From Mycobacterium leprae TN (GTDB lineage: Bacteria > Actinomycetota > Actinomycetes > Mycobacteriales > Mycobacteriaceae), in NCBI RefSeq assembly GCF_000195855.1, contig NC_002677.1, positions 3,090,001 to 3,122,000 of the forward strand: a DNA stretch of 32,000 bases, given 5' to 3'. A program made the translations under genes and the position numbers. Shown here piece by piece: positions 27,330-32,000 of the stretch. Every line of letters begins with the position of its first letter. Within the stretch, counting starts at the first letter, position 1. The notes under the pieces were generated by a model. The model was given only the letters and a program-made list of their open reading frames with translations. It was not told the origin of the DNA and did not search any database.

Positions 27330-28720
27330 TGACGAAGTATTTTTTATGTTGAGCACGTACATGATGCCATCGACGTCCGCGGTAATCTGCAAACTGTCTC
27401 AGTCGCTGACTACGCGCCGCACTGCTGTAAGGACAAAGAGCTGTTACGGATCACCGTGCGTCGCATGTGCACCGCATCCAACGTTGCGGTGTTCGAAGAT
27501 ATCATGATTCATCAAGTGTAGAACAGCATGCTGTGCTCGTATCTGAACAAGTTTATATGGATACTCACCGGAAATTTCGCGAAAAAGGGAAGCCAACACC
27601 TGCATTCGTCCTTCGTTCCGCTGTTCAGCACGGACTTTGGCTGTACGCTAGTCACCGGATCCCCATCATTGTGGGGATAACATCCTGCCGCTGCCGTCTC
27701 CGAGGAGATCCTTACTGCTCGAACGGGCCGATTCTGGGCCATAATCGTCGAAAGCAGCAGTACTGCCCATTCGCTGGCCAATTCGGCCTCCTGCCGCGAG
27801 GCGTTCCAGGACCTGGAACTGATGGTGGCTGTCGACGTTGCGCTGACCGAAATTGCCCCTATGTGCTCCCCACGCTCTCGCAATTCGAGAAGCTACAAGC
27901 CACGTTCTTCAATTGCAAGTTTCCGCACAGCGGCTTTCCACTGCGTAGTTCGCTGTTGGAAAATTTGCTAGAAACACTGTTCGCACCAACAGATTGGGAT
28001 CAGCAGGTGTGGATCACTTGGCGGCATCGACGACGTGGCCCTGCGGCCGCTACGAGATGCCGCCAAGCAGGACCGTCGCCTATATCGAGGCGTTCTTGGG
28101 GTAGTGGGTCAGTCCCTGACTGACTGGATTGGTGTCATCTCGATGCCGTTCGGTGTGCCGGCTACGCCGACGACAATGCGCTGTTACACGCGATCCTGGC
28201 CAGCCCGTCCAGAGTAACATCCACCATCCATAACATACCAGGCTGACTTCACTTTTGTTAGCCACGCTGACCATAAGATCTTCTTGGAAATCTCTGAAAT
28301 GCTGGACTAGTTACAGGAGCTAACTAAAACACCGTCTCAGCTGACAACTTCGGCGTTTCCTGCAAGTGCCTATCGATGGGCAAGTGGCGCGCCTACACGG
28401 CCACCGCACATGTCTCCGATTCGTCTTGGGGCAAACGGGATGCTGACGGTGAGGTGCGTGCCAGCATCGAAGATGCGCACGCTATCGGACTCGCCGGCGG
28501 GTGAGGACACGCCCGGATCACAACTGCAGCAGGAAGCATCGACGCGACCGTCGAAATCACCGAGACAATAAATTCCCGAACGGAATAAGCACGGAATAAT
28601 CGTTGCCCAACGGATTTGGGCTCGACTACACCGTCGCCAATGACCACAGTCGCACCCCGGGCGTCGCCCCGAACATACTGACGTCCACCAAATCGCTAGA
28701 CTTCTACACGCTAGTATGCC
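27330..28720 (+). pseudogene. Molybdopterin-dependent oxidoreductase pseudogene (Rv0197-like)
   Basis: One frame reads ..EEILTARTGRFWAIIVESSSTAHSLANSASCREAFQDLELMVAVDVALTEIA. The homology then shifts frame to YVLPTLSQFEKLQATFFN.. (family block ..TETA..ADYVLP...q.EK.e.tfFn). A C-terminal molybdopterin-binding-domain remnant at 28380-28700 (..IEDAHAIGLAGG*..GSIDATVEITETI..) carries stops. The gene is shorter than an intact one. Confidence 0.6.
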
Positions 28721-28764
28721 CTGGCACAAGTATGTTCCCGGGCTGATTGAGGGGCTGGGAGCAG

Positions 28765-30768
28765 TCAGTTCCAGATCCTGACCCTGAGCTGAGGTTCCAG
28801 GAACAGTGCGTCGTCTTCATCTACGTCAAAGGCGTCGTAAAAGGCGTCAACATTACGGATAACGCCATTGCACCGGAACTCTGGCGGTGAATGCGGATCC
28901 ACGGCTAACCGTCGTATTGTCTCAGCGTCTCGAGATTTGGACCGCCACATCTGTGCCCAGCCGAAAAACACGCGCTGTACGCCGGTGAGACCGTCGATAA
29001 CAGGAGCTGATTGGCCGTTCAGCGACAGCTGGTAGGCTAGTAGTGCGATGGACAGCCCGCCCAGATCGCCGATGTTCTCACCGACGGTGAAAGCGCCATT
29101 TACGTGGTGGTCGTCGAGCCCCCGAGGGGTGTACACATTATATTGCTCGATGAGCGCCTTGGTGCGAGTGTTGAACTCGGTGCGATCGTCGTCAGTCCAC
29201 CAGTCGATCAGATTGCCGTCGCCGTCGTATTTGGCTCCCTGGTCGTCGAAGCCGTGCCCGATCTCGTGTCCGATCACTGCCCCGATCCCACCGTAGTTGA
29301 CGGCGTCGTCGGCCTCGACGTCGAAGAACGGCGGCTGAAGAATAGCTGCGGGGAAAACGATTTCATTCATTCCTGGGTTGTAGTACGCGTTGACCGTCTG
29401 CGGCGTCATAAACCATTCGTCACGGTCCACCGGACCGCCGAGCTTGGCCAGCTCGCGATCGTGGTTGACTGCGTACCCTCGTTGGCAGTTGCCGTAGAGG
29501 TCGTCCCGGTCGATTACCAGCTGAGAGTAGTCCCGCCACTTCTTCGGGTAGCCAACCTTGGCGGTGAACTTGGTTAGTTTGGCCAGCGCGCGCTCTCGAG
29601 TCTGTGGCGTCATCCAGGCCAATTCGCTGATACTGATTCGGTACGCTTGTTGCAGATTGTCCGCCAGGGCATCGACGCGGGCTTTGGCGTGCAGCGGGAA
29701 ATGTCTTTGCACGTAAAGCTTTCCGACGGCATCGCCCATTAGGTTCTCTACCAGCGAAACCCCTCGTTTCCAGCGGTTACGGATTTGCTCGGCGCCGGTC
29801 AGCAGGCGTCCATAGAAATCGAAGTCCGCGGCAACCAAGTCGTCGGTCAGCCAGGGGGCGCGGGCGCGGATCAATCGCCAACGTGCCCAGCACTTCCAGT
29901 CTTCGAGGTTAATAGTTTCCCACAGTGCAGCAAACGCGGTGAGATAATCAGGTTGGCGCACAACTAATTCAGTGACTGATTCTGGCGTATTGCCCAACGC
30001 GGTCACCCAGGCGGACCAGTCGAAGCCCACACCGTCGCTTTGTAGTTCGGCGAACGTGCGCAGGTTGTAGGACAAGTCGGCGTCGCGGCGCTTAACCACG
30101 TCCCAGTGCGCGTCGGCAAGTTTGGTCTCCAACGCCACGATGCGAGCAGCGGTTTTGGCGTGGCATCGGGGATCTTGGTAGCGTTCGCCCCGATACACCA
30201 GAGTGAACATTCGTGCGATGTGTTCAGGGTAGGCTGCCAGCACCTCGGCGTGCTGATCATCGTGGAAATAGGACTCGTCGGGCAACCCGATGCCTGATTG
30301 GCTGAAGTGCAGCAGGTAACGGGTCGAATCTTTGGAATCGGTATCCACATAGACTTCGACGCCGCCGCCCATCCCGGTGCGTTGCAACGCGCCAAGGACG
30401 GCGGCCAAATCGGAGGTATCGGTGGCGTTATCGATCAAGGCCAACTCCTCCAGCAGGGGTTGGGTCCCTCTGCGTTCAACGGTTTGCTCGTCGAGGAAGC
30501 TGGCGTACAAGTCACCGATGCGCTGTGCGTCGGCCTCCGCGGTCTCCCCTGCGGCGGCTGTCCCGCTGGCTTCTGTGATCAAGTCGCGCACCTGCTCTTC
30601 GGTTTGGTCGAACAGGTGGCGGAAGGCTCCGTCGGTCGACCGGTCGGCGGGTATCTCGTATTCGTATAGCCAGCGGCCGTTTACATGACCGAACAGGTCG
30701 TCTTGGGGTCGGGTATTGGCGTCGACATAGCTGAGGTCGATGCCCGAACGGATGGCCTCTATATTCAC
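28765..30768 (-). CDS. zmp1: Zinc metalloprotease Zmp1 (M13/neprilysin family)
   Basis: M13 peptidase with VIGHEIGHGFDD (HExxH) and a downstream ENIGDLGG block. Near-colinear with M. tuberculosis Zmp1 (Rv0198c) as recalled. The ORF is open to TTG 30792. GTG 30768 (VNIEAIRSGIDL..) fits the homologue N-terminus better (667 aa). Confidence 0.93.
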   Translation of the reverse strand: MNIEAIRSGIDLSYVDANTRPQDDLFGHVNGRWLYEYEIPADRSTDGAFRHLFDQTEEQVRDLITEASGTAAAGETAEADAQRIGDLYASFLDEQTVERRGTQPLLEELALIDNATDTSDLAAVLGALQRTGMGGGVEVYVDTDSKDSTRYLLHFSQSGIGLPDESYFHDDQHAEVLAAYPEHIARMFTLVYRGERYQDPRCHAKTAARIVALETKLADAHWDVVKRRDADLSYNLRTFAELQSDGVGFDWSAWVTALGNTPESVTELVVRQPDYLTAFAALWETINLEDWKCWARWRLIRARAPWLTDDLVAADFDFYGRLLTGAEQIRNRWKRGVSLVENLMGDAVGKLYVQRHFPLHAKARVDALADNLQQAYRISISELAWMTPQTRERALAKLTKFTAKVGYPKKWRDYSQLVIDRDDLYGNCQRGYAVNHDRELAKLGGPVDRDEWFMTPQTVNAYYNPGMNEIVFPAAILQPPFFDVEADDAVNYGGIGAVIGHEIGHGFDDQGAKYDGDGNLIDWWTDDDRTEFNTRTKALIEQYNVYTPRGLDDHHVNGAFTVGENIGDLGGLSIALLAYQLSLNGQSAPVIDGLTGVQRVFFGWAQMWRSKSRDAETIRRLAVDPHSPPEFRCNGVIRNVDAFYDAFDVDEDDALFLEPQLRVRIWN

Positions 30769-30863
30769 GACGCCATCCTTGCATTTTTTCAACTACAGCT
30801 CGAGACGGCCCGAGACCGTGCCTACTCGTGAACTGGCCTAAGACGCCGGGTACCCTAGCGGCC

Positions 30864-31502
30864 ATGCCTGACGAGGAGCAGACAGAGCTACCGGTCCACA
30901 AAGAGTTTGCCGGGATTGCCGACTACTCCGATCCTGGTCTCTCAGACGGTTCCGTCTTCTCGCAGTACGGTATCGCATCAACCGTTCTTGCGGTGCTGTC
31001 GGCGGCCGCAGTTGTGTTCGGCGTCGTCATTTGGCGCGCACACCATGATAACTCGGCTGAACGTGCTTACCTGACTCATGTGATGCAGACCGCGTTCGAC
31101 TGGACGGGTGTGCTGATAAATATGAACACCAGCAATGTCGATGCCAGTTTGCAGCGGCTGCATGCCGGAACGGTCGGAGAACTTAACACTGATTTCGACG
31201 CCGCCGTTCAGCCTTACCGGAAGGTGGTTGAGAAGCTGCAGACACAAAGCAGGGGCCAGATCGAAGCGGTAGCGATCGAGTCAGTGCACCACGACCTGGA
31301 TACGCAGCCCGGTGTAGCGCATCCCGTGGTGACCACCAAACTGCTACCTCCGGCGGCCCGTACCGACTCGGTGATGCTGGTAGCGACATCGGTCAGCGAG
31401 AACGTAGGAGGCAAGCCAACGACGGTGCACTGGAGCTTGCGGCTCGATGTCTCCGATGTCGATGGCAAGCTGATGATCTCTCACCTTGAGTCAATCCGAT
31501 GA
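30864..31502 (+). CDS. omamA: Orphaned Mce-associated membrane protein OmamA (Rv0199-like)
   Basis: The ORF is open from GTG 30828. ATG 30864 gives MPDEEQ.., matching the Rv0199 N-terminus as recalled. One TM helix (IASTVLAVLSAAAVVFGVVIW) plus a Mam-type C-terminal domain ending ..VDGKLMISHLESIR. Divergent from zmp1. Confidence 0.85.
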   Translation: MPDEEQTELPVHKEFAGIADYSDPGLSDGSVFSQYGIASTVLAVLSAAAVVFGVVIWRAHHDNSAERAYLTHVMQTAFDWTGVLINMNTSNVDASLQRLHAGTVGELNTDFDAAVQPYRKVVEKLQTQSRGQIEAVAIESVHHDLDTQPGVAHPVVTTKLLPPAARTDSVMLVATSVSENVGGKPTTVHWSLRLDVSDVDGKLMISHLESIR

Positions 31503-32000
31503 GAAACCGGTGGCGGCTACTGGCATTCGACGTCGTGGCACCGCTAGTCGCGATCGCTGCGCTGGTGATGATAGGGGTGGTACTGGACTGGCCAAGGTGG
31601 TGGGTGTCGGCGTGCTCGGTGCTGGTGTTGCTGATTGTAGAAGGTGTCGGGGTCAATTTCTGGCTGCTGCGCCGTGATTCGGTTACCATTGGCACTGATG
31701 ATGACGCGCCCGGATTGCGTCTAGCAGTCGTCTCAGTGTGTACTGCTGCCCTGTGCGCGGCGGTGCTCATCGGATATATGCACTGGACTTCCCCGGACCG
31801 CGACTTTAGTCTGGATTCCAGAGAAGTAGTGCAGATCGCCACGGGGATGGCGGAGGCCATGGCGTCGTTTACCCCGAGTGCTCCGACCAGTTCCATTGAT
31901 AGAGCAGCAGCAATGATTATGCCTGACCAGGCGGGCGTGTTCAAGGAGCAATACCGAAAGTCCAGCGCCGATCTGGCCCGGCGCAACGTTACTGCTCAAG
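31499..32000 (+). CDS. omamB: Mce-associated membrane protein OmamB (Rv0200-like), 5' partial (runs off the window)
   Basis: ATG 31499 forms an ATGA overlap with the omamA stop. My own translation gives MRNRWRLLAFDVVAPLVAIAALVMIGVVLDWPRWWVSACSVLVLLIVEGVGVNFWLLRRDS..SADLARRNVTAQ with no stop through 32000. It is absent from the ORF track because it is open-ended. Two TM helices, then a soluble domain. Confidence 0.8.
   Translation, partial: MRNRWRLLAFDVVAPLVAIAALVMIGVVLDWPRWWVSACSVLVLLIVEGVGVNFWLLRRDSVTIGTDDDAPGLRLAVVSVCTAALCAAVLIGYMHWTSPDRDFSLDSREVVQIATGMAEAMASFTPSAPTSSIDRAAAMIMPDQAGVFKEQYRKSSADLARRNVTAQ

Noticed and set aside
27467-28123. 218-aa + strand ORF that looks intact
   Set aside because: Only its middle (YVLPTLSQFEKLQATFFN..) matches the molybdopterin oxidoreductase family. 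The adjacent family blocks are in other frames, so it is a chance-open segment of a frameshifted pseudogene.

Overview
GC-rich actinobacterial sequence. Gene order and protein sequences match the Mycobacterium tuberculosis Rv0166-Rv0200 region, but intact genes alternate with heavily decayed remnants. That is the signature of a reductively evolved leprosy-bacillus-type genome (M. leprae or a close relative; the species call is inference). The left 13.5 kb holds a complete mce1 lipid-import locus (yrbE1A, yrbE1B, mce1A-D, lprK/mce1E, mce1F) followed by four Mce-associated membrane protein genes. These 12 + strand genes are tightly packed, mostly with overlapping start/stop codons, and are preceded by a disrupted fadD5. 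The rest is a mosaic. Intact genes are an Rv0180c-like membrane protein, an Rv0183-like monoacylglycerol lipase, a coupled Rv0184/Rv0185-like pair (DUF2786-type protein plus HExxH metallohydrolase), ilvD, a CsoR/RicR-type copper repressor, zmp1 (M13 metalloprotease), omamA and the 5' part of omamB. Between them lie wrecks of probable lprO, Rv0181c/sigG, bglS, an O-methyltransferase, a type I PKS fragment, an L,D-transpeptidase, a LuxR-type regulator and a molybdopterin oxidoreductase. Three observations stand out. First, an intact 48-codon MymT-like metallothionein ORF (hidden inside an 80-codon ORF in the track) has a TACCC-N5-GGGTA box fused to a perfect TATAAT. Second, another such box sits in front of the ricR-like gene. 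Third, a 41-bp perfect palindrome lies at what looks like the internal deletion junction of the bglS pseudogene. I saw no rRNA/tRNA genes, CRISPR arrays, IS elements or defence/phage systems, and no evidence for a wholly novel multi-gene system. The best candidates for new biology are small: the copper module, the Rv0184/0185-like pair, the palindrome and a leader uORF.
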